Positions 28,628-42,005 are shown, counted from the stretch's first letter. The stretch: 64,000 bases of DNA from Dehalococcoidia bacterium (GCA_011170375.1 DUEV01000006.1:89255-153254); one strand, 5' to 3'. A program made the numbers and translations. Notes: generated from the sequence alone by a model not told the origin.

Positions 28628-29386
28628 ATGGGGAGATGGAGAAACTCGACAGCGAAAATAGATGCTGCCGGAATTTACTATCGAGAACTCAATGCCAAGC
28701 TGAGAGGCGTTGTCTCGAATGGCACCAAAAAAATAGAGCTCCACAATATCCATGGGCAGCGGTATATCGGCACCGACCTGGATAAGCCGGTGGAGCTCGA
28801 GATATTTGGAACTCCTGGTAATGACTTGGGAGCGTTTATGAACGGACCAAGGATTATTGTGCATGGCAATGCCCAAGATGGCTGCGGTAACACGATGGAT
28901 AGCGGTGAGATAATCATACATGGTCACGCTGGAGATATCGTTGGGCTATCGGCCAGAGGCGGGAAAATTTTTGTCCGAGACGATGTCGGCTACCGGGCAG
29001 GTATCCATATGAAGGAGTACCAGGACAAGAAGCCCGTGCTCGTCATCGGCGGAACCGCACAGGACTTTCTTGGCGAATACATGGCCGGAGGCATCTTAAT
29101 TCTGCTGGGTCTGAATCTAGCCGAAGGTGAACATCATAAATCCAGATTTATTGGTACCGGAATGCATGGCGGCGTCATCTACCTGAGGGGAAATGTCGAG
29201 AATTACCAGCTTGGTAAAGAAGTCGGTGTTACCGACCTGGATGAAGAGGAGCGCCACATCCTGAAGCAGTATGTTGATGAGTTTGCCGAACACTTTAACT
29301 ACCAACCAGATGAAATACTGGATCAGGAGTTCCTCGAGCTCTACCCTCGCTGGCTCCGACCCTATGGAAGGCTCTACGCATATTGA
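28628..29386 (+). CDS. Glutamate synthase GXGXG subunit (GltB3-like)
   Basis: GQRYIG, GNAQDGCGNTM, GYRAGIHMK, GEYMAGG, GTGMHGG. Confidence 0.92.
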   Translation: MGRWRNSTAKIDAAGIYYRELNAKLRGVVSNGTKKIELHNIHGQRYIGTDLDKPVELEIFGTPGNDLGAFMNGPRIIVHGNAQDGCGNTMDSGEIIIHGHAGDIVGLSARGGKIFVRDDVGYRAGIHMKEYQDKKPVLVIGGTAQDFLGEYMAGGILILLGLNLAEGEHHKSRFIGTGMHGGVIYLRGNVENYQLGKEVGVTDLDEEERHILKQYVDEFAEHFNYQPDEILDQEFLELYPRWLRPYGRLYAY

Positions 29387-29403
29387 TTGAGCGGAGATAG
29401 GCA

Positions 29404-30084
29404 ATGCCAAACCTGCTAATAATGGCTCAAGAAAGCATGGAACTAACAGGGCTGATTTCGGGACTCATCCGAAGTGGCTTTGCTTGCTCTATTGTTCGTC
29501 ATGGTAATGGATTATTAGAGCAGATTGCGGCTCAGTCTCCGGATTTAATCCTAGCGGAAATGGATGGGCATCTGGCCAATTCCAGAATACAGGAACTGGT
29601 TAAGAGCATGAAACAGAAAAAGCGTACACCAGTTATGGCTCTGGTTCCGGGAGAGATGCTGGATAGCATTGATGGACAGCTTAACATTGCCGATGATTTT
29701 CTCGCCAGTCCTTACGATGACAGGGAACTGGTGTTGAGAATAAAACGACTTCTAAATCATAAGGCCGAGGGCGCGGCCAGCACTGAGCTAATAAAAAGTG
29801 ATGGTCTTGTAATAGACCTCGCTAAGTGCGGGGTAACTGTGGGAAGTAAGGTGGTACAGCTGACCTTTAAAGAATATGAGTTACTCAAATTCCTGGCAAG
29901 CAACAGAGGGCGCGTCTATACTCGTGAAGCCCTGCTCAATAAGGTCTGGGGCTATGATTACTACGGCGGTGACCGGACGGTAGATGTCCATGTAAGGAGA
30001 CTTAGAAGCAAGATTGAGGACTCGAAACATACATACATTGAGACGGTAAGAAACATTGGCTACAGGTTCATAAAGGAGGCATAG
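29404..30084 (+). CDS. OmpR-family regulator with atypical receiver (GlnR-like)
   Basis: LTFKEYELL, VWGYDYYGGDRTVDVHVRRLRSK winged helix as in actinobacterial GlnR; receiver lacks canonical acidic residues. Confidence 0.85.
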   Translation: MPNLLIMAQESMELTGLISGLIRSGFACSIVRHGNGLLEQIAAQSPDLILAEMDGHLANSRIQELVKSMKQKKRTPVMALVPGEMLDSIDGQLNIADDFLASPYDDRELVLRIKRLLNHKAEGAASTELIKSDGLVIDLAKCGVTVGSKVVQLTFKEYELLKFLASNRGRVYTREALLNKVWGYDYYGGDRTVDVHVRRLRSKIEDSKHTYIETVRNIGYRFIKEA

Positions 30085-30088
30085 GTCT

Positions 30089-31612
30089 GTGTGTGGCATT
30101 GTTGCCATATTCGGTCATAATTCCCAGCTTGGGGTACCACACTTGGATACCATGCTAAATCGGCTATCCCATCGAGGACCGGATGACAGAGGCACCTTTG
30201 CTAATGGACACATTACTTTGGGCCAAACCAGACTTTCCATAGTGGATGTCGCTGGAGGCAGGCAGCCAATATTCTCTGAAGATGGGGAGAAATGTGTTAT
30301 CTGCAACGGCGAGATATATAACCATCTGGACCTGAGAAAAGCGCTTCACCAGGAACACTGTTTTCGAACCAACTCAGACACTGAGGCAATTCTTCACCTC
30401 TTCGAGGAAGAGGGAACTCAATCGGTCTTGAAGCTAGATGGGATGTTTGCTTTCGTAGTTTATGACGGCAAAGATATTCTAGTTGCCAGAGACCCTTTAG
30501 GGATAAAGCCCCTCTATTACAGTCAGGAGAATAGCTGCCTCCTCTTCGCCTCTGAGATTAAGGCGTTGCAGGGAATTGCGGGTAATATTCAGGAATTCCC
30601 CGCCGGTTATTACTACTCCCCCAGCCAAGGACTGACCCAGTACTACCGCCTGCCAGTAATCCCTGAGTGGCAGAGTAATGTCAGTGAAATAAGTCAGAAG
30701 CTACACGATAAGCTGTATGGAGCCGTGGAAAAACGCTGGATGTCTGATGTCCCTGTAGGTTGCTTTCTCAGCGGTGGCCTTGATAGCAGTCTTATCTGTG
30801 CGGTATCAAAACGTAACTTCGACCACCTCGACACGTTCTCCGTTGGTCTGGAGACAGAATCACAGGATTTGATATATGCCAGGAAGGTCGCTCAGTTTCT
30901 GGGTACAAATCACCACGAATATGTCTACACTATGAGTGACGTCCTTGAGGCGCTACCTGATGTTATCTACCACCTGGAGTCCTTTGACCCGGCGCTGGTA
31001 AGAAGCGCTATCCCCTGTTACTTTGTTTCTCGATTGGCCAGAGAGTATGTAAAGGTTATCCTCACTGGGGAAGGGTCGGATGAGGTATTTGCCGGGTATC
31101 ACTACTTTAAGCGGTTTAGTGATAAGCAAGATGTGTACCAAGAGTCTGTCAGGATTCTTACCGGGCTGCACAACATGAACTTACAGAGGGTTGACCGGGC
31201 CACCATGGCCCATTCGATAGAAGGGAGAGTACCCTTTCTTGATATTGGCTTCGTCGAATATGCCATGTCCATCGACCCGAGACTCAAACTAGCAGGGAAG
31301 AGTAAACGGATCGAAAAGTGGCTGCTAAGACAGGCTTTCACCCGTTACCTTCCTGACGAGATAATCTGGAGACCGAAGATGGAGTTTGCCGCTGGCTGTG
31401 GCTCTGAAGAGTTGATAACTGACATGGTTGAGGATGAAATCTCAGATGCTGAATTCGAACGGGAAAGGCAACGGCTACAGGAAATTAACATTTCCTCTAA
31501 AGAAGATCTGTACTATTTTCGGATATTCTATGATTTCTTCGGCTCTGACATTGATGCCACTGCCATCGGCAGATGGAAAGGCGGTTTTTCTAGAGAAGGT
31601 TCAGATTTATAG
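30089..31612 (+). CDS. asnB: Asparagine synthase (glutamine-hydrolysing)
   Basis: MCGI, HRGPD, RLSIVD, NGEIYN, LSGGLDSS, LTGEGSDE, EGRVPFLD. Confidence 0.95.
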   Translation: MCGIVAIFGHNSQLGVPHLDTMLNRLSHRGPDDRGTFANGHITLGQTRLSIVDVAGGRQPIFSEDGEKCVICNGEIYNHLDLRKALHQEHCFRTNSDTEAILHLFEEEGTQSVLKLDGMFAFVVYDGKDILVARDPLGIKPLYYSQENSCLLFASEIKALQGIAGNIQEFPAGYYYSPSQGLTQYYRLPVIPEWQSNVSEISQKLHDKLYGAVEKRWMSDVPVGCFLSGGLDSSLICAVSKRNFDHLDTFSVGLETESQDLIYARKVAQFLGTNHHEYVYTMSDVLEALPDVIYHLESFDPALVRSAIPCYFVSRLAREYVKVILTGEGSDEVFAGYHYFKRFSDKQDVYQESVRILTGLHNMNLQRVDRATMAHSIEGRVPFLDIGFVEYAMSIDPRLKLAGKSKRIEKWLLRQAFTRYLPDEIIWRPKMEFAAGCGSEELITDMVEDEISDAEFERERQRLQEINISSKEDLYYFRIFYDFFGSDIDATAIGRWKGGFSREGSDL

Positions 31613-31635
31613 CTAGGCTGATGCATCAATCCCAT

Positions 31636-31673
31636 GTAACACAGATTTAACATCCCGGAAATATTTCGGAAAC
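31636..31673 (+). promoter_or_regulatory. GlnR-box-like site upstream of amtB
   Basis: GTAAC-n6-TTAAC-n6-GAAAT-n6-GAAAC, four half-sites at 11-bp period. Confidence 0.7.
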
Positions 31674-31710
31674 AATAACGGGCTAGGCTGAAAGAAAAAG
31701 GAGGTTATTG

Positions 31711-33281
<1,571 letters not shown>

Positions 33282-33370
33282 GCAAGTTGCAGGGGTAAAC
33301 ATGCAGATAAGAAATTGATGATGAACAGTAATATTCCGACCAAACGAATAATCGCGAATTGGAGGCAATA

Positions 33371-34714
33371 ATGATTAACAGAAGCAGAGAAGAAGCTAAG
33401 GATTACGTTCTAAAGATGGCTGAGGAGCATGATGTTAAGTTTATCAGGCTGTGGTTCACCGATATCCTGGGTATGCTCAAGAGTTTTGCCATCACGGTGG
33501 AGGAACTGGAAGGGGCTTTAGAGGAGGGAATGGGTTTTGATGGTTCGTCAATAGAAGGGTTTGCCCGCATCGATGAAAGCGATATGGTAGCTCTGCCTGA
33601 CCCCGACACCTTTCAGTTGCTACCCTGGCAACCCCGCGAACACCGCGCGGTAGCCCGAATGTTCTGCGATATCTTGAAGCCCGGCGGTGAACCTTTTGAA
33701 GGTGACCCCAGATATGTCTTGAAAAAGAATTTGAAGCGGACAGCTGATTTAGGCTGCACCTTCTATGTGGGGCCAGAACTGGAATACTTCTATTTCCAGA
33801 ACTCGGGGGGGACTGAGCCATTAGACCAGGGAGGCTATTTCGACCTGACTCCGCGTGATGCAGCCACCGATATGAGGAAGGAAACAGTGCTAGCACTGGA
33901 AGAGTTGGGTATTGGCGTCGAATATTCCCACCATGAGGTTGCTACCAGCCAGCATGAAATAGACATGAGGTACACTGATGCCCTGACTATGGCCGATAAT
34001 GTGATGACATACCGCTTAGTGGTCAAAGAAGTAGCCTTGAAGTACGGCGTCTATGCTACTTTTATGCCCAAGCCGGTTTTCGGCATAAACGGCAGCGGTA
34101 TGCACGTACACCAGTCACTTTTCAAAGGAGAAAGTAATGCTTTCTTCGACAAGAATGACGAATATCACCTATCCCAGATGGCCAGGTACTATATAGCCGG
34201 CCTACTCAAACATGCTCCTGAACTTACTGCTGTGACCAATCAGTGGATTAACTCTTACAAACGTCTGGTTCCCGGCTACGAGGCACCGGTTTATCTCTCC
34301 TGGGCACGGCGTAACCGTTCTGATTTAGTCCGAGTCCCGGAGTACCGGCCTGGAAGGGAAAAGGCGACCCGCGTTGAGTTCAGGTCTCCTGACCCCGCCT
34401 GCAATCCTTACTTGGCTTTCAGTGTGATGCTGGCCGCCGGACTGGAAGGTATCGAAAAGGAATATGACGTACCCGAGCCAATCGAAGAAAATGTATATGA
34501 GATGACTGAAGACGAGAGGCGGAAGAGAGGAATAGGTACCTTACCTGCCAGCCTGTTGGAAGCCATACTACTAACAGAGAAAAGCGTGCTGGTGCGAAAG
34601 GCTCTAGGTGAGCATGTTTTCTCAGCTTTCATCCAGAACAAGAAAATAGAGTGGGACCACTACCGAACCCAGGTGACCGAATATGAGCTTAAGAGATACT
34701 TACCAATACTGTGA
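33371..34714 (+). CDS. glnA: Glutamine synthetase type I
   Basis: FDGSSIEGF, GPELEYF, HHEVA, TFMPKP, NGSGMHVHQS, RLVPGYEAP, EFRSPDP. Confidence 0.97.
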   Translation: MINRSREEAKDYVLKMAEEHDVKFIRLWFTDILGMLKSFAITVEELEGALEEGMGFDGSSIEGFARIDESDMVALPDPDTFQLLPWQPREHRAVARMFCDILKPGGEPFEGDPRYVLKKNLKRTADLGCTFYVGPELEYFYFQNSGGTEPLDQGGYFDLTPRDAATDMRKETVLALEELGIGVEYSHHEVATSQHEIDMRYTDALTMADNVMTYRLVVKEVALKYGVYATFMPKPVFGINGSGMHVHQSLFKGESNAFFDKNDEYHLSQMARYYIAGLLKHAPELTAVTNQWINSYKRLVPGYEAPVYLSWARRNRSDLVRVPEYRPGREKATRVEFRSPDPACNPYLAFSVMLAAGLEGIEKEYDVPEPIEENVYEMTEDERRKRGIGTLPASLLEAILLTEKSVLVRKALGEHVFSAFIQNKKIEWDHYRTQVTEYELKRYLPIL

Positions 34715-34730
34715 GTAATGAGAGGTTGCT

Positions 34731-36488
34731 ATGTCGCAGTGGGCTAACACGCGTCGGTTGCGAATTGGGATGGCGCAAATCAATACTACCGTGGGTGATT
34801 TTGCCGGCAACAGGCAAAAAATACTAAAAGCTATGGACGAAGCCAGGACTTTGCACATAGACCTGCTTGCGTTCCCTGAACTCGCTATCTGCGGTTATCC
34901 ACCTGAGGACCTCCTGTTCAAGCCACGCTTTATTGCCGAGAATCTGCGGTCGTTAGATAAGGTAGTCGAAGCCTCCCCAGGACTTACTATCGTGGTTGGC
35001 TTTGTCGACGCTAAAGAAGACATCTACAATGCTGCAGCTATAATCCACGATGGCAAGCTAGCTGGCATCTATCACAAGATATACCTGCCCAATTATGGTG
35101 TCTTTGACGAGAATCGCTACTTCCGAGCGGGGAGCAAATGCCCTGTCTATGGCATCGCTGGCATTAGTGTCGGCGTCAGCATCTGCGAAGATATCTGGTA
35201 CGAGGCGGGGCCAGCTACCACCCAGGCTTACTCTGGGGCCGAGGTTATAGTCAACATAAGTGCCTCACCATACCACTTCGGTAAGGGAAGCTTTAGGGAA
35301 AGAATGGTAGCGACACGTGCTGCAGACAACGTGGCCGCTTTTGCCCTCTGCAACCTAGTAGGTGGGCAAGATGAGCTAGTTTTCGACGGAAATAGCATTG
35401 TACTGGATGAGAAAGGACAGTTGATAGCCAGAGGCAAACAGTTCGAGGAAGACCTAATAGTAGCTGACCTTGATGTCGAATCCGTCTTTCGGGCGCGCCT
35501 CCATGATTCTAGATGGAAGAAAGAGCTACTCCTCCACGAAGAGCAAGGATGGCGTAGTGCCCCCAAAATAGTGATATCCGAAGCGCCATTTAACACTGAA
35601 AAACCGTCGCTACCGCCCAGACAAGTTGAGGTGCAGGGCTTTCCGGGCGAGGTCTATGATGCTTTGGTGCTGGGAACTCGTGACTATATCCTCAAGAATG
35701 ATTTTGAGAAAGTGCTGATAGGTCTTTCCGGAGGAATAGACTCCAGCGTGGTAGCCGCTATCGCCGTTTATGCCTTAGGGAGCGTAAACGTGGTCGGGGT
35801 GGCCATGCCTTCAAGATACTCTTCTCCCGGCAGCGTATCAGATGCTGAACTTTTGGCTAAGAATCTGGGCATAAGGCTAATGACTATTCCTATTGAGAAA
35901 GTGTTTCAGGCATATCTGGATACACTGGCCGAGCATTTTAAAGGCACAGAGCCTAATGTGGCTGAAGAGAATATTCAAGCTAGAATCAGGGGCAATATCC
36001 TGATGGCACTATCAAACAAGTTTGGTTGGCTGGTTCTTACAACGGGTAACAAAAGCGAAATGGCTACGGGCTATACCACCTTATACGGAGACATGGCCGG
36101 TGGTTTTGCCGTGATAAAAGATGTACCGAAGACAATGGCTTACGAATTAGCCAGGTACCGAAACTCGCTGGCTGAGTCAGAACTAATACCACGTACAATC
36201 ATAGATAAGCCTCCGTCAGCCGAGTTAAGGTCCGACCAAAGGGATATTGACTCCCTACCACCGTACGAGCTACTCGACCCGGTATTAACTGCATATGTTG
36301 AGGAAGACAAAAGTGTCGAACAGATTATTGGTATGGGAGTCGATGAAAAGGCAGTCAAGCGTGCGGCCCGATTGGTAGACAAGAGTGAGTACAAACGCCG
36401 GCAGTCGCCACCAGGCGTGAAGATAACCCCTCGAGCCTTTGGTAGGGACAGAAGGTTGCCTATCACCAACAGATTCGAGGGATGGTGA
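34731..36488 (+). CDS. nadE: Glutamine-dependent NAD+ synthetase
   Basis: Nitrilase domain (FPEL, GYPPEDL, ICEDIW) plus GLSGGIDS, ENIQARIR, TGNKSE, PPSAEL, EYKRRQ. Confidence 0.96.
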   Translation: MSQWANTRRLRIGMAQINTTVGDFAGNRQKILKAMDEARTLHIDLLAFPELAICGYPPEDLLFKPRFIAENLRSLDKVVEASPGLTIVVGFVDAKEDIYNAAAIIHDGKLAGIYHKIYLPNYGVFDENRYFRAGSKCPVYGIAGISVGVSICEDIWYEAGPATTQAYSGAEVIVNISASPYHFGKGSFRERMVATRAADNVAAFALCNLVGGQDELVFDGNSIVLDEKGQLIARGKQFEEDLIVADLDVESVFRARLHDSRWKKELLLHEEQGWRSAPKIVISEAPFNTEKPSLPPRQVEVQGFPGEVYDALVLGTRDYILKNDFEKVLIGLSGGIDSSVVAAIAVYALGSVNVVGVAMPSRYSSPGSVSDAELLAKNLGIRLMTIPIEKVFQAYLDTLAEHFKGTEPNVAEENIQARIRGNILMALSNKFGWLVLTTGNKSEMATGYTTLYGDMAGGFAVIKDVPKTMAYELARYRNSLAESELIPRTIIDKPPSAELRSDQRDIDSLPPYELLDPVLTAYVEEDKSVEQIIGMGVDEKAVKRAARLVDKSEYKRRQSPPGVKITPRAFGRDRRLPITNRFEGW

Positions 36489-36549
36489 CAAATTGGCCAC
36501 GGAATAGGTAGCTTAGAATGGAGAAAATAACAGGGTCGCGAAGACAAAT

Positions 36550-37644
36550 ATGAGTAAAAAGGCATTTTTAGCCTTAGAAGATGGCTCGGTCCATCACGGA
36601 TTCACCTTTGGTGCGGAGGTTGATACCTTCGGCGAGGTAGTATTCTGCACTGCCATGACTGGTTACCAGGAGATGCTGACTGACCCCTCCTATGCTGGGC
36701 AGATTCTGGTTCCCACTTATCCCCTTATCGGCAACTACGGTATCAATGAGCAGGATATTGAGTCGGCCAAAATACAGGTCAGGGGGTTTGTTGTTAGAGA
36801 GGTGTGTCTTGAGCCCAGCCACTATCTGAGTCAGAAGACAATTCACCAGCATCTGGCCGAAAGTGGCATCCCCGGAATCCATGGGGTGGATACCCGCGCA
36901 ATAACTCGCCGACTTCGCTCGAGTGGTGTGATGATGGGCATGATAACCAGCAGCAAGTCTCCGCAACAGGCTCTGGAAGAATTAAAGAAAGTGCCCAGCT
37001 ATGGCTCCATCGATTTCGTCAAGCAGGTGACTACTCCAACCTCCTATCAGTGGCAGCCGGAGGACTCGGCGCCACTATACAACATAGTTGTGCTGGACTG
37101 TGGTCTGAAATATAACATCCTTCGCATCCTGAACCGCCTGGAGTGTAGCGTCACCGTTGTGCCCTGTACTATGTCTGCTGGAGAAATCCTCTCTCTAGAG
37201 CCAGATGGTATTCTCCTCTCGCCGGGCCCCGGCGACCCCGACATACCGAAGGTAAACTACGTCATTGACACCGTCAAGCAGCTCGTCGGTAAAAAGCCGA
37301 TAATAGGCATCTGCTTCGGCCAACAGCTCATTCACCGTGCCTTCGGTGGCTGCCATTTCAAGCTCAAGTTTGGCCACCGCGGTGGTAATCACCCTGTCCG
37401 TGAACTGGCTACCGGCAGAATCCATATCACGGCGCAAAATCATGGTTACGCCGTTGACCCAGATACTCTCGGAGAAGACCTGGAAATCACTCACATAAAC
37501 ATGAATGACAATACAGTAGAAGGCCTAAAGCACAGGGAGTTACCCATATTCGCCATCCAGTATCACTCCGAGGCTTCACCAGGTCCCTGGGACAATACCT
37601 ATCTCTTCGACAAATTTATTGAGATGGTAAAGGAGGCGAAATGA
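36550..37644 (+). CDS. carA: Carbamoyl-phosphate synthase small subunit
   Basis: [47 protein letters not shown]. Confidence 0.97.
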   Translation: MSKKAFLALEDGSVHHGFTFGAEVDTFGEVVFCTAMTGYQEMLTDPSYAGQILVPTYPLIGNYGINEQDIESAKIQVRGFVVREVCLEPSHYLSQKTIHQHLAESGIPGIHGVDTRAITRRLRSSGVMMGMITSSKSPQQALEELKKVPSYGSIDFVKQVTTPTSYQWQPEDSAPLYNIVVLDCGLKYNILRILNRLECSVTVVPCTMSAGEILSLEPDGILLSPGPGDPDIPKVNYVIDTVKQLVGKKPIIGICFGQQLIHRAFGGCHFKLKFGHRGGNHPVRELATGRIHITAQNHGYAVDPDTLGEDLEITHINMNDNTVEGLKHRELPIFAIQYHSEASPGPWDNTYLFDKFIEMVKEAK

Positions 37645-37660
37645 ATGTAGGAGTTATTGT

Positions 37661-40600
37661 TTGAAGCCCTCTAAGGTCTTAATAATCGGTTCTGGGCCTA
37701 TCATCATCGGACAGGCAGCGGAGTTTGACTATGCTGGTACTCAGGCGTGCCGGGCAATGCGTGAAGAAGGCATTACCTCAGTGCTGGTGAACTCAAATCC
37801 CGCCACCATCATGACTGACGAGGACATTGCCGACATCGTCTATATTGAGCCGCTGACCGTGGATGTACTGGCCCGCATCATTGAGCGAGAGCGTCCCGAT
37901 GGATTGTTACCTACGCTGGGCGGACAGACTGGCCTTAACCTGGCTGTAGCCTTAGCTGACACTGGTATTCTTAACAAATACAATGTCAGAAGTCTAGGGA
38001 CACCAATTCAAACGATAAGAAACGCCGAGGACCGTGAGCTGTTCAAGCGGATGCTGATTGATATCGGTGAGCCGGTACCGGCGAGCGCCGCCGTGAACAG
38101 TTTAGGAGCGGCCAGGGAGGTTGCCAGTAATATTGGCCTACCCTTGATAATCCGTCCGGCTTACACTCTGGGTGGAACCGGCGGAGGCATGGCTTGCAGC
38201 TGGGAGGAACTGGAGATAGCCGTTAGTAGAGGATTGGCAGCCAGCCCCATACATCAGGTGCTGCTTGAGGAATCCGTAGCAGGCTGGAAAGAGATTGAGT
38301 ATGAGGTGATGCGGGACAGTGCTGACAACTGCATCACCGTCTGCAATATGGAGAACCTTGACCCGATGGGAGTTCATACCGGCGATAGCATAGTCGTTGC
38401 TCCCAGCCAGACGCTGAACAACAAGGAATACCAGATGCTGCGAACGTCGAGCCTTAAGATTATCCGGGCGCTGGGCATCGAAGGTGGCTGTAATGTCCAG
38501 TTCGCCCTTGACCCCAAGAGCGAAAAATATTATGTGATTGAGGTCAATCCCCGGGTAAGCCGTAGCTCAGCCCTGGCCAGCAAGGCCACTGGTTACCCTA
38601 TTGCCCGTGTTGCGGCTAAAATAGCCGTGGGTAAGAGACTGGATCAAATCCCAAACCAGGTAACGGGAAAAACAATGGCCTCCTTTGAGCCGGCGCTCGA
38701 TTATGTGGTGGTCAAGATTCCCCGATGGACTTTTGATAAATTTACCTCCAGTGACCGCTCTATTGGCACCCAGATGAAAGCCACCGGCGAAGTAATGGCC
38801 ATTGACCGCTGTTTCGAAGCTGCTCTGCAGAAGGCAGTACGTTCTCTGGAATTCGGCAGGAGAACGCTCCTTTGGGAAGACCCCAAGTGGAAATCATCAA
38901 CCGATATCAATTCCTATCCCCTACAGCCCAACGAACTGAGACTGTGGGCCATAATGGCTGCCTTAAGAAGGGGAATAAGTGTGCAGGCAATAAGCGAGCA
39001 CACCACGATTGACCGGTGGTTTATAGATAGGATGCAAAATATTGTCGGTATGGAGAAACAATTCCTAACTCAGCCACTAACCCCCGAATTCTTGTGGCAG
39101 ATAAAGCGGCTCGGCTTTTCTGACGAGCAAATAGGAGTCCTATTAGGTGAACCTTACGAGCATATAAGACTGTTACGTCGTATTTGGAATATTCAACCTG
39201 TCTATAAGATTGTTGATACCTGCGCCGCCGAATTTGATGCTGCCACGCCGTACTACTATAGCGCCTACGAGCAGGAGGATGAGGCACAGCCTGATAAGAG
39301 GAAGAAAGCCATAGTCATCGGCAGTGGGCCTATTCGCATTGGCCAAGGAATAGAGTTCGATTATTGTTGTGTCCATGCCGCGTTTGCCCTGCGGGACGAG
39401 GGGTATGAGACGATAATGATTAACTGTAACCCGGAAACAGTCTCCACCGACTTTGACACCTCGGATAAGCTATATTTCGAACCGGTGACGGTTGAAGACG
39501 TTTTGAGTATCTACGAAGAGGAGAACCCCGTCGGCGTAATCGTTCAATTTGGCGGTCAGACACCACTTAATATCGCGGCGGAACTTGAGAAAGCTGGCGT
39601 TTCCATACTGGGCACATCGGTCAACTCGATAGACATTGCCTCTGACCGGGGCCGGTTCAGCCAGATAATGAAGAAATGCAGCATCCCCATGCCAGAATCG
39701 GGTACTGCTAGTAGCCTTAAAGAGGCCCTGGTTTTAGCGGAGCGCATCGGCTACCCACTTATAGTTCGCCCGTCATACGTCCTTGGCGGACGCGGTATGG
39801 AGATAGTACATGACGAAGAAGAACTAATAAGGTATGTGAGTGCAGCCGTCGTGGTAACGCCCGACCGGCCGATCTTGATTGATAAGTTTCTGGAGAATGC
39901 TATCGAGGCCGAGGCGGATGCCATTTCCGACGGGAATGATACTTTTGTGCCGGCAGTCATGGAGCATATCGAATTTGCTGGTGTCCATTCCGGCGATTCA
40001 GCCTGTGTGATTCCGTCCGCAAGCATACCAGCTAAGCATCTCACCACAATTCATGATTACACGAAGAGAATCGCCCGCAAACTTCATGTTGTCGGCCTGA
40101 TGAATGTCCAATATGCTATAGCTAAAGACGTTGTGTATGTTCTGGAGGCCAATCCCCGGGCATCACGCACCGTACCCATCGTCTCTAAGGTGTGTGATAT
40201 TCCCATGGTACATCTGGCAACTCAGGTTATGCTGGGCAGGAAGCTAGCTGAGCTTGACCTCAAGTCACGAAGGATTCCCTACTTCGGAGTTAAAGAGGCA
40301 GTTTTTCCGTTTCACATGTTTCCCGAAGTCGACCCGCTGCTCAGACCGGAGATGAAGTCCACGGGCGAAGTTCTGGGGATGGCCGATTCCTTTGGTCTGG
40401 CATTCTGGAAAGCGCAGGAGGCAGTTTCAATTCTCCCGACTGAGGGCACTGTGCTTATCACTGTCTCGGAACGTGACCGGCAAGCAGCAGGCAAGGTAGC
40501 CAGTCAGTTTGCTGACCTGGGGTTCAAGATTAAGGCTACGGCTGGCACCCATGCTTTTCTAACTAGCCTGGGCATAGCCTCAGAACCGATACTGAAGGAG

Positions 40601-40861
40601 CATGAGGGTAGGCCTAATATCACGGATGCCATAAGCAACAGGGAAGTTCAGCTAGTAATAAACACGCCGGCGGGGAAACTAAGTGCACATGATGACTCGT
40701 ACATCCGAAAGGCTGCTATAAAGTACAAGGTGCCATATATCACCACGCTAGCAGCCGCCATGGCAGCCTCCAAGGGAATAATAGCTTACCGTGAGGGTAA
40801 ATCAGATGTCAGGTCGCTGCAAAGTTACCACGACGACGTGAAGGAAATGCAAGAGAGCTGA
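37661..40861 (+). CDS. carB: Carbamoyl-phosphate synthase large subunit
   Basis: [15 protein letters not shown], duplicated ATP-grasp, [22 protein letters not shown] domain. Confidence 0.98.
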   Translation: MKPSKVLIIGSGPIIIGQAAEFDYAGTQACRAMREEGITSVLVNSNPATIMTDEDIADIVYIEPLTVDVLARIIERERPDGLLPTLGGQTGLNLAVALADTGILNKYNVRSLGTPIQTIRNAEDRELFKRMLIDIGEPVPASAAVNSLGAAREVASNIGLPLIIRPAYTLGGTGGGMACSWEELEIAVSRGLAASPIHQVLLEESVAGWKEIEYEVMRDSADNCITVCNMENLDPMGVHTGDSIVVAPSQTLNNKEYQMLRTSSLKIIRALGIEGGCNVQFALDPKSEKYYVIEVNPRVSRSSALASKATGYPIARVAAKIAVGKRLDQIPNQVTGKTMASFEPALDYVVVKIPRWTFDKFTSSDRSIGTQMKATGEVMAIDRCFEAALQKAVRSLEFGRRTLLWEDPKWKSSTDINSYPLQPNELRLWAIMAALRRGISVQAISEHTTIDRWFIDRMQNIVGMEKQFLTQPLTPEFLWQIKRLGFSDEQIGVLLGEPYEHIRLLRRIWNIQPVYKIVDTCAAEFDAATPYYYSAYEQEDEAQPDKRKKAIVIGSGPIRIGQGIEFDYCCVHAAFALRDEGYETIMINCNPETVSTDFDTSDKLYFEPVTVEDVLSIYEEENPVGVIVQFGGQTPLNIAAELEKAGVSILGTSVNSIDIASDRGRFSQIMKKCSIPMPESGTASSLKEALVLAERIGYPLIVRPSYVLGGRGMEIVHDEEELIRYVSAAVVVTPDRPILIDKFLENAIEAEADAISDGNDTFVPAVMEHIEFAGVHSGDSACVIPSASIPAKHLTTIHDYTKRIARKLHVVGLMNVQYAIAKDVVYVLEANPRASRTVPIVSKVCDIPMVHLATQVMLGRKLAELDLKSRRIPYFGVKEAVFPFHMFPEVDPLLRPEMKSTGEVLGMADSFGLAFWKAQEAVSILPTEGTVLITVSERDRQAAGKVASQFADLGFKIKATAGTHAFLTSLGIASEPILKEHEGRPNITDAISNREVQLVINTPAGKLSAHDDSYIRKAAIKYKVPYITTLAAAMAASKGIIAYREGKSDVRSLQSYHDDVKEMQES

Positions 40862-40945
40862 TCCTCCCCTCCGAATATTATCAGATACATTGATTGAGGC
40901 AGTAGGTGGAATTCGACGTGCTACTCACAACTTTCGTAACAGGCA

Positions 40946-40954
40946 TGCTATAAT
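40946..40954 (+). promoter_or_regulatory. Extended -10 promoter of nrpR
   Basis: TGCTATAAT about 38 nt upstream of the start. Confidence 0.55.
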
Positions 40955-40991
40955 AACCTGAAGATTATCCAAAGAAACAAGGAAGCTTCTG

Positions 40992-41987
40992 TTGGTACAA
41001 GGTTCTAGCTCCGAAACAGAGATAAAGATAATAGCCATTCTTAAGGTCTTGAGTGAGTCCTCTGAGCCACTCGGGTCAATTACTATTGCCCGTAAACTGG
41101 AGCAGGAGGGAGTTTTCCTGAGTGAGAGAGCAATCAGATATCACCTGAGAATAACAGATGAGCGTGGTTTTACCCAGCCGGGCGGTCGGGATGGCAGAAT
41201 GATTACTCCAGAAGGGCGGCAAGAGGTTAAGGACGCACTGGCACCGGAGCAGCTTGGTTTTGTGCGTGATAAGCTCGAGATGTTAGCTTTCCAAACCACA
41301 TTCGACCCACAAAAGAGAACCGGCCTGTTATCTGTAAACACCTCCTTAATTGACAAGAATAATTTCAAAAAGGCATTATCAGCCATGAGGGATGCATTCA
41401 AGGCCGGAATTTGTGTCAGCGACTTAGTGGCCACCGCGTCTGAAGGAGAAAGGCTTGGTTCGGTAATCGTGCCCAGTGGGAAAATCGGCCTGGCTACCGT
41501 CTGCAGCGTGGTGATATATGGGGTACTTCTGAAGGCAGGTGTGCCTACAGAATACAGGTTTGGAGGATTGCTCGAGGTTAGAAATTCAAAACCACGGCGC
41601 TTTGTAGCCATAATTGACTATCAGGGTACATCCCTCGACCCCTCTGAACAATTCATACGTGGCAACATGACGAGCGTTAATGAAGTTGCAAGGACAGGGA
41701 ATGGTAAGGTATTAGGTGTGTTCCGTACTCTGCCAGCACCGGCGAAAGAAATCGTCGAGGAGAAAATCGCTTTGCTCAAGGAAGCCGGCATCGGTGGGGT
41801 CTATGCTCTGGGCAATACCAGCGAGTCGATTTGTCGTGTTCCAGTGACTTTAAATCGGTTTGGTATCGTTCAACTCGGTGGTCTTAATCCAGTGGCGGCA
41901 GCCGTTGAGGCGGGAATCGAGATAGAAAACATAGCTGAGAGCGGGCTAATTGATTTTCAGCAGCTTCAACCTGTTTGGCAGATTTAG
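40992..41987 (+). CDS. nrpR: NrpR-family nitrogen repressor (wHTH plus single NRD/DUF128 domain)
   Basis: ILKVL..PLGS.IAR.L, ERAIRYHL, ATVCSV, Y.GTSLDP, GGLNPVAAAVEAG. Confidence 0.88.
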   Translation: MVQGSSSETEIKIIAILKVLSESSEPLGSITIARKLEQEGVFLSERAIRYHLRITDERGFTQPGGRDGRMITPEGRQEVKDALAPEQLGFVRDKLEMLAFQTTFDPQKRTGLLSVNTSLIDKNNFKKALSAMRDAFKAGICVSDLVATASEGERLGSVIVPSGKIGLATVCSVVIYGVLLKAGVPTEYRFGGLLEVRNSKPRRFVAIIDYQGTSLDPSEQFIRGNMTSVNEVARTGNGKVLGVFRTLPAPAKEIVEEKIALLKEAGIGGVYALGNTSESICRVPVTLNRFGIVQLGGLNPVAAAVEAGIEIENIAESGLIDFQQLQPVWQI

Positions 41988-42005
41988 CCCGAATATCCTG
42001 TCCTA

